A stretch of DNA of 62,775 nucleotides, filler included, from Klebsormidium nitens (taxonomy: Eukaryota; Plantae; Klebsormidiophyceae): assembly GCA_000708835.1 (NCBI GenBank). It is 7 parts of 7 records of this genome, joined end to end, with 100 filler letters (N's around TTAATTAATTAA, not from the genome) between each part and the next. Parts side by side here need not be neighbours in the genome. Positions count along the whole stretch, not along the records: positions 1 to 14,810 come from DF238039.1; 6 more parts are not named here. The stretch is one strand, 5' to 3'. The notes under the pieces are model-generated. The model saw only the letters and a program-made list of their open reading frames with translations, did no database searches and had not been told where the DNA came from. Within the stretch, counting starts at the first letter, position 1, and each line of letters opens with the position of its first letter. Positions 1 to 12,536 of this stretch are shown in pieces. Both the position numbers and the translations under genes were made by a program.

Positions 1-1696
1 GCCGCGGAAGACGAGACGGCGGACCGTAGATACCCCAATAGAGCGAGGCGAGCGCCCGGGGAGTGGTACCGGGCGAATATGGCGACGGAGTCGGGGGAGC
101 ACCCCAAGGGGTCGGGGGAGCATCCGGAGCCCCAAACGTATCAGAAAGCCGTAGGGGGAGAAGAGAGTTTGCTCTGGCGGAGATCGATGGACGAGGAGAT
201 GCGGTCCTTGTTGGAGAACGGGACGTGGGAGCTTGTCGAAAAACCGGAGGGGGTGAAGCCGATTCCCATGAAGTGGGTTTACAAGATTAAGCGGGATGCG
301 CTTGGGAATGTGGAGCGGTACAAGTCTCGCGTGGTGGCGAAAGGGTACCTGCAAAAGCAGGGAATTGACTTCGAGGAAGTCTACGCCCCAGTGAGCAAGC
401 ACACGACTTTGCGGGCGCTTCTTGCGGTGGTTGCGGAGCGCAACTTGGAGTTGCACCAGTTGGACGTCAACGGCGTTCCTCAACGGTGAGCTCGAGGAGG
501 AGATCTACATGCAGCAGCCGCAGGGGTACGAGCAGGGCGGACCCGGAATGGTTTGCCGCCTCAAGCGCACCTTGTACGGGTTGCGCCAGGCGCCGCGTGC
601 GTGGCACACGCGTCTGAAGGAGGAGCTCGGGAACTTCGAGTTCGTGGCGTCCTTTGCGGACGCGGCGCTTTTCTCGGGAGTGGTGAACAGGGAGCGGGTT
701 TACCTCATCGTGTGGGTGGACGACATCCTCATTGCGGCCCGAAGAGCGGAGCGGATCGCGAAGGTGAAGGCGCACTTGGCGGAGAAGTTCGACGTGCGGG
801 ACTTGGGGGAGGCGACGTACTTCCTCGGAATGGAGCTGTCGCGCGACCGAGAGGCGCGCACCCTGAAGCTGACGCAGAAGAAGCTGACGGGGGAGCTACT
901 CGCACGACACGGGTTGGCGGGCGCGCGGGCGCGCGGGCGCGCTCGGTCCCTCTTGCCACGGGGGAGAAGTTGACGAAGGAGGGGACGCCGCTTGACACGG
1001 CGAGGTTCCCCTACAGCGAGCTCATTGGGAGTTTGCTATACTTGAGTGTGTGCACGCGGCCCGATATCGCTCAGGCCGTGGGGGCACTGGCGCGCTACAC
1101 AAGCGTGCCGACGGAGGCACACTGGGCGGCGGCGCTTCGGGGTGGTGCGCTACTTGGCCGGAACGGGGGAGGCCGGGATAACCTTTGGGGGGAGCGACGA
1201 GGTTCTTGAGGGGTTTTGCGACGCGGATTTTGCGGGGGACGCGGATACAAGGCGGTCCACGACCGGATACGTCTTCCTGATGTTTGGGGGGGCGGTGAGT
1301 TGGTCGAGCCGTTTGCAGCCAACGGTGGCGGCGTCGACGGTGGAGGCAGAGTACTTGAGTGCGGCACAGGCGGTGAAGGAGGCGCTGTGGTTTCGCAAGT
1401 TGGGGGGAGACTTGGGGCTGGACCTAGGGACGGTTCAGATCTACTGCGACAACCAAGGGGCAATACGGCTCCTGAAGCATATCGGATGCTTCAGGATCGC
1501 TTCCCAGCGGTCGAAGCACATTGATGTGATTCATCACTTTGCGCGTGAGAGGGTGGCGCGGAAGGAGGTCGGATTCGCGTACTGCCGGACGGAGGACATG
1601 AAGGCGGACATTCTGACCAAGGCGCTGGCACCGGGGAAGTTCTTGAAGTGTAAGAGTGAGATAGGGGTTGCGTAGGATACTTAGTGCGTGGGGGAG

Positions 1697-2099
1697 TGTT
1701 GGATTTAGCTAGTACTCCTATCGTGTGAGTACGCCCTAAGATCCTAGATGATTTCGTAGCCGTTTTATTGAGTTTGATAGAGTGATAATTACCCCCTGGC
1801 AATTACCCCCTGGCAATTATCCCCTGGCATTTACCCCCACTGGCAGTTATCCCACTGGCAGTTACCCCCACTAGTGGTAGTTACCCCCTAGGCCAGTGTG
1901 GACCGTTAGATAAGCATCTTTGTGGAATCTTGGAGGCTAGGCCGTTGATGTATGAGTTGACTCACATAGAGCTAGAGTTGGACTCGACCAAGTAGACCTA
2001 GCCACGGATTTATGACTTGGACCATTGACTTGTATTGGTCACTCATTCCTAGTAGTTGTGCTTGACTTGAAACGCGCTCTAAGGCGCTTGCTTTCAACA
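1697..2099 (+). repeat. 3' LTR of the Copia element
   Basis: Starts TGTTGG right after the polypurine tract and ends TTTCAACA. Confidence 0.75.
1787..1892 (+). repeat. Minisatellite inside the LTR, about 7 units of 14-16 bp (AATTACCCCCTGGC)
   Basis: Direct tandem repeats visible in the sequence. Confidence 0.9.
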
Positions 2100-3544
2100 T
2101 GCATATTATCCATGCTGTCGTCGGTTTCGACAACCCAATTCACAGGATTTTCGGAATGTTGCAGCACACTCGATTCGGCAGGGGACAGCACACTAGAGCT
2201 CTCAACAATAGAATCACTATCAGTGGACATAGTATGTGACTGTGCAGAACTCCTCACGTCTGGCTCAGCCTTACCCTCAATCTCTCTCTCTCCCTGTCTA
2301 TGGGTTAGATGTCAAAAGTTATAGCTAGCACTAGCTTATGCTAACTAGAGGGAGCGGCGACTACTCTCTTCCCCCCCTGCCGTGAACTCTGTTCTGGTCA
2401 CGGCCGTCGCGCTCCTGGTTGCGCTCTCCTATTTGGTTGCGATTGTCGCATCCACGGCCACGGCCACGGCCATTGCCGCGCCACCCACCGCGTCCGCGCT
2501 AGTTATCCTAACGGTCGTCCCTACGGCAATCGTCCCAGTGGCGGTCGTCTCCGTGGCGGTCTTCTTTGCGGTCCTGGCGGCGCCGGTCTGGCGTCCGTCA
2601 CCCGAAGCCACGCAGGGGATAAACGGGTGAGATACTGAAGCGGTTTGACTGGCGAACTCACTTCGAAAAGAATTCAGCGCAAGAATGCTAGAAATAGAGT
2701 TTCGGCTAACCCAACATCTAACCGGATGCGGCGACGCGCCCCTAGAAAGGACGGTCGGCACACTGTGGGCGAGCTCACAACAAAGGATTCAGCACCTGAC
2801 CGCGAACTCGTCCGTAAGGACTTTCAGCTGGTCTCAGAAACTCAATGAAGTCGTTGTCCAAGTAGTGACAGAGCTCCATAACAAGCAAGTACGGCCACGC
2901 TCCCGGAGATTACTTGACCTCGTCAAGACCTCAGGAATGTGTTGGTTGTTGGCGTGTGCTTAGACCGTACCCCTGCACAAATCCCAACGCCGGCCTAGGC
3001 GGGGACGCTATCTAGCTATGCGTGCATAACAAGCACAGCCAATCGGCTCAAAACAAATATGTGTCCTCACTCTAGGGTGGGCTCTGGTTGGCGACGTCCT
3101 GTCCTGGCAGCCCCCAAGCTTGAACGCGAAGGCGAGGGTGGACTGCAGATGCTGCTGGATCTCCTGTGGATGCAAAGCGAGCGCAGGCCCTGGTCCACAT
3201 GGAGGTGCAGGGGCAGGTGCAGGTACGGATGCAGCTGCAACGTGGCGCTCTGGCACTGGACTCCCCTGGCGCGCCACCCTCAGCTCCTTCAGGCGCGCGC
3301 GTGCGTCACCGTACGGCTCGCGCCCCCCCTGGCCACGTGCTCCACGACGGCGGCGGCGACGTGGCCCCCTGTTGCCCTCAGCTGCAGGCGCAGGTGCACC
3401 TGGAACGTGCGCAGCTACCTCTACGTGCTTCAAGTCCAGGCGATTGGTGCGGGCAATGGGGGCGTTGAGGTCGTTTGCGTCCTTGTCAGCGCCCTCCTCT
3501 TTTTCACCCGCGTTGTCTTCCTCCGTTCCTTCTTCGTCCGACAA
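2100..3544 (-). pseudogene. Degenerate ORF, probably a retroelement gag-like gene, interrupted by the Copia insertion
   Basis: Acidic/Pro-Ala-rich N-terminal ORF 3008-3544. A downstream frame has an RG-rich tail (RGRGGWRGNGRGRGRG) broken by many TAG stops. Family not recognised. Confidence 0.4.
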
Positions 3545-4437
3545 GCCGTAGTCCAGCTCCTCTTCGTCAACGTCAGGAAGCTCTTTTTCCGGAGCACTGC
3601 GTCAGCAAGTTGTTGCTGCAACATCTGCCATGTTTAAATACAAGGATGGTTGTGCAAGCTGGTTGTCAGGTGCCAGTGGTTGGGTGGTGTAGCTATAGGC
3701 TATCCACGACAGCGCCGCGCTGATTTTGCGTAGACAACGCTGTTTCTAGAGGGTTTCCATAGGGTTTCAGCCCTCGAGAATAGTAAACAGCCGCATACAA
3801 ATTAGCGAGACACCCCCAGCGCCGATGCACTGCTGAGCACCTCACTGACAAGCGGAAGCATATCCGGATCCACGTCAATCCAGCCTGAACGCTGTGCACT
3901 GCTGGCAGCCCTGTAGCCCCTCAAAACGAGCAATAATAATCTGAAAAGAAGGCAACAATGCAAAACCCTGTGGCGCCCGGCTCCTTCGGTGTCACACGAC
4001 TAAAGCAATGTCAAACCCTTAACAAGCAAATGAAATCAGCGCTGTCCTCGTAAGCTGATCGTTGTTATACTCCAGTCGGTAATGCTACCAAAGGTCCACC
4101 ACTGCTGAAAATGCGCGGCACCCCAACATATTTGGAGCAACCACACTGCGTCTAAGCAACTCTATGAGCTAGACAGGTCACCGAATGCCAACGCTCAAAT
4201 GGCGCTAATGTCAAAAACCCAAAATCAACTCACAATCAAAGAAGGTGCTTGGCTGTACCCCAATGTCATCTCAGAAACAAAAGCCTGTGTCATGGAGCGT
4301 TTCTCCCACAGTACTTCCCGTCCCTCTTGTTAATGGCCTCGTATGCGTATGCGTAATGCCGCCCTACGTCATGAGGACAATCTCCCTTCTCTCTCCATCT
4401 GCGTCTCGTAGGCCAAGGATTCTTCTTGCGAGTCCAA

Positions 4438-7110
4438 TGTTGGAACTCACGACAAGGCTGTGATAAAAAGTGCAAACAGGAGAGGCAATGCAGAGTAGAA
4501 TACTAAGAGTGCTTGCATGGCCACCATGTCAAGGCGCCAAGACCTCCTCCACGAGAGTCTTCTCGCGAGAAGAATGATCTCCTAGCGAGAGGTCTCTGAC
4601 TAATGTATGGCGTGGTCTAGGCTACCTGTATGAGTAGCCTATCGAATCGAATACTCGCGAACTGAGATGAGTCTGTCGCAACGACTGTAAAACATGATAT
4701 AGAGTCTGCGATACTAGCTAAAGTAACCGCGTCTTTGCAAACTAGCTCGTAAGCTTGGCAAAGTCTCATAAGCTATGCAATAACAAGCAAATCATGCAAC
4801 ACCTATGCAACCGATGCTCTGCTATGCCAATGCCATACAGCGTGACAGCATTTCGAATCAGTAGGTAGGTGTACCATACCCTTACCAGCCCGGTCCATCT
4901 CTACCGCGCACTAGTCGGTTCAGTTATATGAAATCCTATCCAAGTGACCGGGTCACTATATGACGCACTTGGGCCACTATACGACTCGCTATGTGGGTTA
5001 ATTACCACTCGGACTTGTGGTCGGTATTACTATACCGAGGTGGTCGGTAGTACCGTACTACTAGGTCGGGGCTAATACACACTATTGGTCGGAGCCCCTA
5101 AATCACTCGACTCGACTGCCGATCGGCCGGTCAACATTGTGTGAATAACACACCAAATAACTTGCCATCCTACGGTCGATACTCGGCTTACCGAAGCCTC
5201 AATTGACGACTACGAATTGTCTAGGATATGAGGGCGTCCTGATCTACTCACTCAGGTAACGCCCGATTCTCAACACTCCCCCTCACACTAAGTATCCTAC
5301 GCAATCCCTATCTCGCTCTTGCACTTCGAGAACTTCCCCGGTGCCAGAGCCTTGGTCAGGATGTTCGCTTTCATGTCCTCCGTCCGGCAGTTCGTAAATC
5401 CGACCTCCTTTCGCGCCACCCTCCCCCGCACAAAGTGATCAATCACGTCGAAGTGCTTCAATCGGATGTTTTAGGAGCCGTATTGCTCCTTGGTTGTTGT
5501 AGTAGATTTGGACCGTTCCCAGGTCCAAATCTAAGTCTCCCGCCAACTTGCGAAGCCACAACGCCTCCTTCACTGCATGCCCCGCACTCATATACTCCCA
5601 CTCCACCGTTGATGCCGCCGTCGGCTAAAGACGGCTCGACCAACTCACCGCTCCTCCGTACATAAGGAAAACGTAGGTACTGGTCGTGGAACGCTGCGTG
5701 TCAACTTCCCCCGCAAAGTCCGCGTCGCAAGACGCCTCAAGGACCGTACTGCTCCCCAAAGGTTATTCCGTCCTCTGCGCGGTCCCCATCAAGTAGCGCG
5801 CACCCCAAGCGCTGTTGCCCAGTGTGCCTCCGTTGGCGCGCTTGTGTAGCGCGCCAATGCCCCCAAGGCCTAAGCAATGTCGGGCCGCGTGCACACACTC
5901 AAGTATAGCAAGCTCCCAATGAGGAGAATATAGAAGAATCTATAGGGGAATCTCGCCGTGTCAAGCGGCTCACCCTCTCTCGTCAACTTCTCCCCCGCAC
6001 TAAGGGGGACCGAGCGCGCCCGTGCGCCCCCCAATCCGTGCCGCCGAACAAGCTGTCCGGTAAGCTTCTTTTGCGGGAGCTTCAAAGGTCGCGTCGGCCG
6101 GTCGCGCGCCAACTCCATCCCGAGGAGGGACGTCGCCTTCCCCAAGTCCCGCACGTCGAACTTGTCCGCCAAGTGCGTCTTTACCTTCGCAATCCGCTCC
6201 GTTCCCCGAGCCGCCATCGTCGACCCAACGACGAGGTAAATCCGCTCCTTGTTCACCACTCCCACAAAGAGTGCCGCATCTGCAAAAAACGCCACGAACT
6301 CGAAGTTCCCGAGCTCCCCCTTCAACTGCGTGTGCCACATACGCGGCGCTTGGCGCAAGCCGTACAAGATGCGCTTGAGGTGGCAAACCAAGTTGGGCCC
6401 GCTTTGCTCGTACCCCTCCGGTTGCTTCATGTAGGTTTTGTCTTCGAGCTCACCGTTGAAGAACGCCGTATTGACGTCCAATTGGTGCAACTCCAGGTCG
6501 CTCCGCAACCACCGCTAGGAGCGCCCGCAAAGTCGTGTACTTGCTCCCCGGGGCGTAGACTTCCTCGAAGTCAATGTCAATTTTCCTTGCTTTTGCAAGT
6601 ACCCTTTCGCCACCACCCGAGACTTATACTGCTCCATGTTCCCAACCGCATCCCGCTTGATCTTGTAAACCCACTTCATGGGAACCGACGTCACCCCCCC
6701 GATTTTCTGACGAGCTCCCACGTCCCGTTCTCCAACAAGCACCGCATCTCCTCGTCCATTGAGTTCCGCCAGAGCTCGCTCTCTTCTTCCCCGACGTCAT
6801 CCTGATACGTTTGCGGCTCCGAATGCTCCCTCGATTCTTGAGGGTGCTACCTCGTTTCCGCTTAAAATTCGCCCGATACCAGTCCCCGAGCGCCTGCCTC
6901 GCTCTAGCGGGGTATTTTGGTTCCGCCGTCTCTTCCTCATCCGTTCCAACGGTCTCCTCGCTCTCGGTGCCGGCCTTCCCCATGGGGGTAACCCAACGGT
7001 GTCATACTCCTCTGGTAAACCCTCGAAAGCGTGCACAGCCAGCTCACCCTCTGAGTTGGTTTGTCCTGCCGCCTCCAAATCTAGCTTGAGCTCCCGGAAT
7101 TCCCCTAGGT
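4438..7110 (-). mobile_element. Ty1/Copia element, internally deleted and degenerate (gag fragment, RT, RNase H, 3' LTR about 4438-5275)
   Basis: ORFs 6515-6742 and 5870-6508 encode Copia RT. The RNase H end closely matches the element at 1-1696. A purine tract GAGGGGGAG precedes TGTTGAG at 5275. The left LTR boundary is less certain. Confidence 0.9.
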
Positions 7111-7118
7111 TCTCTGAG

Positions 7119-7983
7119 TTGTAAGTACGGACCGTGCTAACGTTACGCCGACATCACAAGTCCCGTACCTAAACCAAACGCGCTGCCAACTAGACTATAC
7201 CCGACTTGGCAACCCCCAACCGGAGATAGAGGACCCTACCGGAGCGCGGATGCACGAGGACGCGGCCAGAGGAGGGGACCCAGAGCCGGGGGGGAGGCCG
7301 GCCGTTGCTTATTTGGCCTGGCAAGCCTGGACCGAAGACGCTTCGGGGACCCCGGAGGGAGTGGAGCCACTCTCCTTCGAAGAGGCCGGAGGCGAGCTGT
7401 GGGAACCGGAGGACGAGATCGAGCTTCCCGTGGAGCTGCCCATGCCGGGCCTAATGGACTACGGCAGCGTGGACGCAGATGTGCAAGTTCCGACTACACT
7501 GGAGCTGGGGCAGGACAAAGCCAGAGCCCGCACCAACATCGGGGCAGATATCAACACGCTGAACTACCCTCGACCGGGGCCCTAAACCCGAATTGGAGCA
7601 AAGACGAATTGGAGCGGGTGCGCCGGAGGGCGGGGTCGTACCGCTTCAGCGACGGGGTGGTTATACACCGCCTCAACGAACACGGTGAAGAGGAGTTTCA
7701 GACCTGCGACGGAGTGCTGCTGCGCTCCCTGGCAGGGGGGAAGATGAAGGTCGTGCCAGATTCCCATCAGCAGGATAACCAGATCCTAGAAATTCACGAC
7801 TCTACCCGGCACTGGAGCGAGAAGCGCACAATGCACCTCCTCCAACGGACACACTGGTGGGCCGGGATGTACAAGACGGCCCACGACGGGGTGGCAAGCT
7901 GCCCCCAATGCGATCGGACCAAGGCAAGCTTCACGGTCAAGATGTCGGAAATGCAATCCTTGTTGAAGCCATTCACTCATGGT
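7119..7983 (+). mobile_element. Ty3/Gypsy-type fragment with an integrase zinc-binding (HHCC) domain
   Basis: ORF 7399-8106 contains IHDSTRHWSEKRT..WWAGM..VASCPQCDR, the H-H-C-C integrase N-terminal domain. Confidence 0.7.
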
Positions 7984-9150
7984 TGTAACAAGATAGGGTC
8001 CAATCCACCCTCACATACAAGCGCCTTCACAAAGAAGCGCCTTCCTCTCTTACAAGCATCACCTAGAATGAGTTGGGTTCTTTTGCTATTAGCTCAAGTG
8101 AAATAGCCTAGCTCAAGCCTAAGTTTAACTAGCAAAAGAACCCATCGGACGGCACACATCAAGTAAGAACCCAACATCGTACGGTCTCTACTAGCCTAGC
8201 TAACTAGCTAGTAACCACGGCCTAAACCAACAATTTGGCCGCCTAACCCACTATCATTTCCAACATTCCCACGCGGACTGATCGTTGAGTGCTCCTTTTC
8301 CTACCCTTTATTGTGGCCCGTCTTCTTCTTGGCCTTCGGCGTCACGATTATCCAACCCTCACTCGCCTCGCTAACGCCGTACCTGATCGGCGCCACTCGT
8401 GCCCGCTCCGGATAATGCTTGCCGCCCGTTCCCGGCGGCATCACCCCTCCGCTCTCAAGCAATTCTATTTCGAGACTCATCCGTGCTCTCAGGCGTTCCG
8501 CTGCGGTTGCTCCCACGGCTTCCGCTACATGTGCNNNNNNNNNNNNNNNNNNNNNNNNNNNNNNNNNNNNNNNNNNNNNNNNNNNNNNNNNNNNNNNNNN
8601 NNNNNNNNNNNNNNNNNNNNNNNNNNNNNNNNNNNNNNNNNNNNNNNNNNNNNNNNNNNNNNNNNNNNNNNNNNNNNNNNNNNNNNNNNNNNNNNNNNNN
8701 NNNNNNNNNNCACTAGCAAAAGAACCCAATCGAACGGCTCACATCAACTAAGAACCTAACATCGTATGGTCTCTACTAGCCTAGCTAACTAGCTAGTAAC
8801 CACGGCCTAAGCCAACAATTTGGCCGCCTAACCCGCTATCACTTCCAATACTAAAGCACCCTCACATACAAGCGTCTTTACAAAGAAGCGCCTTCCTCTC
8901 TTACAAGCATCCTCGAGAATGGGTTTGGTTCTCTTGCTATCGGCTCAAGTCATACATCCTAGCTCAAGCCTAACTTTTACCAACAAAACAACCCATTGAA
9001 CGGCTTTACTTCAATGTCAAAAGTCCATCATCAACGGCTCACATTCAGTAAGAACCTAACATCGTACGATCTTTACTAGCCTAGCTAACTAGCGAGTAAT
9101 CATGGTCTAAACCAACAATTTGGCCGCCTAACCCACTATCACTTCCAACA
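7984..9150 (-). repeat. Three copies of one LTR family (7984-8265, 8711-8850 partial, 8851-9150)
   Basis: Near-identical blocks such as CACCCTCACATACAAGCG and CAATTTGGCCGCCTAACCC, ending in TTCCAACA or TTCCAATA. The same family occurs as the solo LTR at 12537-12984. Confidence 0.8.
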
Positions 9151-9749
9151 CGGGGAGAAGGGAACCTTATGGGCGGAGGGGAGCGGCTCGGTTGAGCTGA
9201 GGTGTGCGACACCGACCGGAGAAAGTCTGATCACTCTGCACAACGTGATGTATGTCTCGGGGGTGCCGGCGAATTTGATCTCGGTGAGCAAGTCCACCGA
9301 GATTGCGTCAGCTATTCAAGGAGAAGTTGACGGGAAGGTAGTCCTTGTCGCTCGAAAAGTGAAGGGGATCTATGTGGTCAACCGGGCGGCGAACGCACAT
9401 AGTGGTCCAGGGGGGGCCGCTTTCAGAAAAGGAGCGGGAGGGCAATAAGACCCGATAACGAGTAACTCAACTACGCTACGACTCCCTACCATGAGCTTCA
9501 ACAGGTTATGGCCCACGACGCTTGGTTGTGAAGAGGGCGCACGTATTCAATTTTGGGTGTTTGGACGGCCAGATTTTGAATGCTCGCGCCAATGAGCTTG
9601 TCAGGAAAAGGAGCGGAGGATTTGGCTTCTTTGTGTTTAAGGGAGGGTGTAGTTGAGATGGCGGGAGACAATGTGTCTGTTCCGCAAGTGTGGGTGAGAA
9701 CTGGTCAACGTGGAAGGCCAAGTTCCGTGGGCTTCTTGCATACCAGGGA
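9151..9749 (+). mobile_element. Copia fragments: protease piece, then LTR end, primer-binding site and gag start
   Basis: GEKGTLWAEGSGSVEL..NVMYVSGVPANLISVSK at 9151-9300. TTCAACA followed by GGTTATGGCCC near 9497-9515. A gag N-terminus ENWSTWKAKFRGLL follows. Confidence 0.7.
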
Positions 9750-10975
9750 TGCCCTCTGCTTCCCTCCGATCTCTATCTCCCACAGGCCTCCGCGCTTGAC
9801 TCCCTACATTCGGACCACATTGTCCGTTTCGATCTGCGCGGTCTCCCCCTCGAGCACCAATCGTGCTCCCGCGTCGGTCATCCTCGTCAGAGCGAACAAA
9901 CTCGCATGTGCCCTCAGAGCGTGCCGGACCTCCCTCAAGGTTACCGTACTCACACCGCTCGGGGTCTTACATTTAAGCTCCACTTCTCCAATGTCCACTG
10001 CAATCAGAGACTCACCACAGATCCCCACGTCACGCACAAGCTCATTCTAGCTCGTGAATTGGCTCCGATCGGCCGTAACATGCTGGGTGCTGCCCGAGTC
10101 GACAATTCACACCCCTTTGCACACATCCCCGTCGTCGCCCCACGCCGTAAAGGCTACTCCGTTTGCATCCCCTGCAAACTCTCTCTCCTCTGCGCGGCCA
10201 CTTGCGCGAGCGCTCTGCCTACACACTGCCTCTGTGTGGTCCCTCTTGCCGCACTTGCGACACTCCGCATCGCACAACCTGCACTTTGCCCTCATGTGGC
10301 CCACTTTGCCGCAACAATAGCACGTTGGCGGGTTTGAGCTCCCGCCTCTCACCTCCGAGCTTTTTCCCAGCTCGTTTGAGCTTCCCCGGCCCTTCTCTAA
10401 GCTCGAGTAGCCCCTATGCTGGGCGGCATACGCCACAGCCTCATCCCTACCCGAAGTCCCCTTCAAGGACCCCGCTTCAGCCCTGAACTTTAGTTTCTGC
10501 TCTCTGTGCATGAGCTTTGGCTGGATCTCATCTAGGGTTAGCTCTTCCTCCCCGACCTTGAAGAACTCAAAAACGGTGGCATACTCCTCTGGCAAACCCT
10601 CCAAGGCGTGCACGGCTAGCTCACCCTCTGAGACGGTTTGTCCCGCCGCCTCGAAATCTATCTTTAGCTCCTGGAATTCCCCTAGGTACTCTGCAATGGA
10701 TTTCCTTTTGGTCAACCTTAGACCCGTCAGCTTCCTCTTAAGCTGAATCAAGCGCGCATTGCTCTTCTTCTCAAAGTTGTCCTTTAACTTCGTCCACGCT
10801 TTCTCCGCAGTGGATTCACCCTCAATCAACTAAGCATCTTCCGTTTGCACGTTAGAAGCAGATTTAATCGATCTTTGTGTGCATCCGCGGTCGTCAGCAC
10901 TTGTAAAGATGCTTTGCCACTTTTGTATATTGCCAGCAGAGAGTGACTGCGGTAAGGTCCAGATCTAGAAGGGTT
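9750..10975 (-). mobile_element. Copia gag-protease fragment
   Basis: ORF 10107-10829 has gag (AWTKLKDNF, GLPEEY) and zinc knuckles CYCCGKVGHMRAKC and CRKCGKRDH. The protease region continues to about 9800. Confidence 0.85.
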
Positions 10976-11332
10976 TGTTGAGAGACGGGCATTTAGAGAC
11001 CAAATATCTGGGTGATTCTGAGGTTTTAAGATCACGACGTCGACGCTACCTCGACGGTAACCAGTAGTCACGGTTACACAGTTAAATGCGCGCGGGTTAC
11101 AACGTTACACCCGAGCGACTTCGCGATAACCGTCGAAACTGACTGTGTAGGTTCGAAAATAGCCGTCGATGTACGGTATAGAGTGAAAGTTTCGGGCTTT
11201 CTAGGTGACGGTCTACTGAGCCTACTAGGCTCGAGTGTAGACCTAGAGATAGGCCGTGTGTCGGAACACTCCATATACATTGTGTGAACTTGATTGATTG
11301 AATATCACTCCCAACAACGCTGTGTTTCAACA

Positions 11333-11346
11333 GGTTATGGGCCCAC
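11333..11346 (+). promoter_or_regulatory. Primer-binding site of the half-tRNA(iMet) type
   Basis: GGTTATGGGCCC immediately after the LTR terminal CA. It matches the Drosophila copia/Ty5-type PBS, which is complementary to the iMet anticodon arm. Confidence 0.8.
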
Positions 11347-12536
11347 TTCGCTCGGGAGGAAGGACCAGCCATGGGTGCTCTCCGTGTTGCGACGACGTTG
11401 GTAAATAACCGGTCTCTTTCACTTGTAGCCATTGAGTAGGCAACACGTGAAATCCTCTACGAAGGAAACCACGTTCCGTCCAGAGGACAAGCAGCACAAA
11501 GCGGCGCAAATCAGCCTATGGTTCTCTCTTGTCAATGAAGGCATCGGTGTGGATGGTCTATTTTATCACGGGTGCTCTTTGAGGTAATTGACATTGGAAA
11601 GTCCTGTAAGGGGATCAGGTGGCGGGAAAAGCCTAAAAGGAATTTTTCCACCTTTGGCCTTGAGAAAGAGAGAAAGAGAAAGGGAAAGCAACCCTAAAAT
11701 GGCTGACGGGTTCAAAGTTCACATAGACAAGCTTGGTGTAGACAACTACATCAATTGGAGTCGTACGATCAAGTTATTGTTGACATCCAAGGATCTATGG
11801 ACCAGAGTGACAAATCCCGGAAAGCATGCATCTCACTCAACAAAAGCGTTGTCATAGAGTTGAACGTTGAGGACCATCATTTGGGGTCGATTGAGGCGTG
11901 CAAGACCGCTAAGGAGGCTTGGGATCTCCTTGAGACTACCTACAAGAGCAAATCTAATGCAAGGAAGATGCAGCTCAGGCAAGAGTTGCATTCCCTCACG
12001 ATGACGTCGGGTGAGCCATGTACGTGGCTCGGGCAAGAGATTTGTTTGGAAATTTGACAGCTACGAGTTTCGAGCTGAAGCCGGATGAGCTGGCTTGAAG
12101 CGTGTTGGCGGCATAGCCAAGCTCGTTCAGTACTCTGAAAACAATCCTAATGGCTTTGAAGGGCCACTTGAGCTCGGTGGATGCGATTCTGCCGAAGCTC
12201 TCAGTGCATGAGCAAGGAGTTAAGCTACTCAAGGATGAGGCCAGTAGTGGGTCGGCCTTCGCGGTAGCTTATGTAGCTTAGCGGAAAAGGAGGAAGGAGA
12301 AGAGCCACGGCAAGGATGAGAGCCGGGGCAAGGGGCCTAAGTGCTACAAAGTTTTGCGGTGAGTTTGGCCACATTGCTCAAAAGTGCAGCAAGCCGGATA
12401 GGCGGGAGCACAAGACGGAGCAAAGGAAGGGAGAGAAACCTTCCAAGGGAGTGGCCTTTGACGTGGTTGAGAGAGTAGCTGCCAACGAGTGGCTCGTCGA
12501 TGCGGGTAGCTCCCAGCATATAACTAGGGACAAGAG

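Larger units (their letters stand above)
1..2099 (+). mobile_element. Ty1/Copia LTR retrotransposon, 3' part (RT, RNase H, PPT, 3' LTR)
   Basis: Frameshifted ORFs 79-489, 422-973 and 1046-1675 give Copia RT ([33 protein letters not shown]) and RNase H (GFCDADFAGD, YCDNQGA, KHIDVIHHF). A purine tract GCGTGGGGGAG precedes the LTR. Confidence 0.95.
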
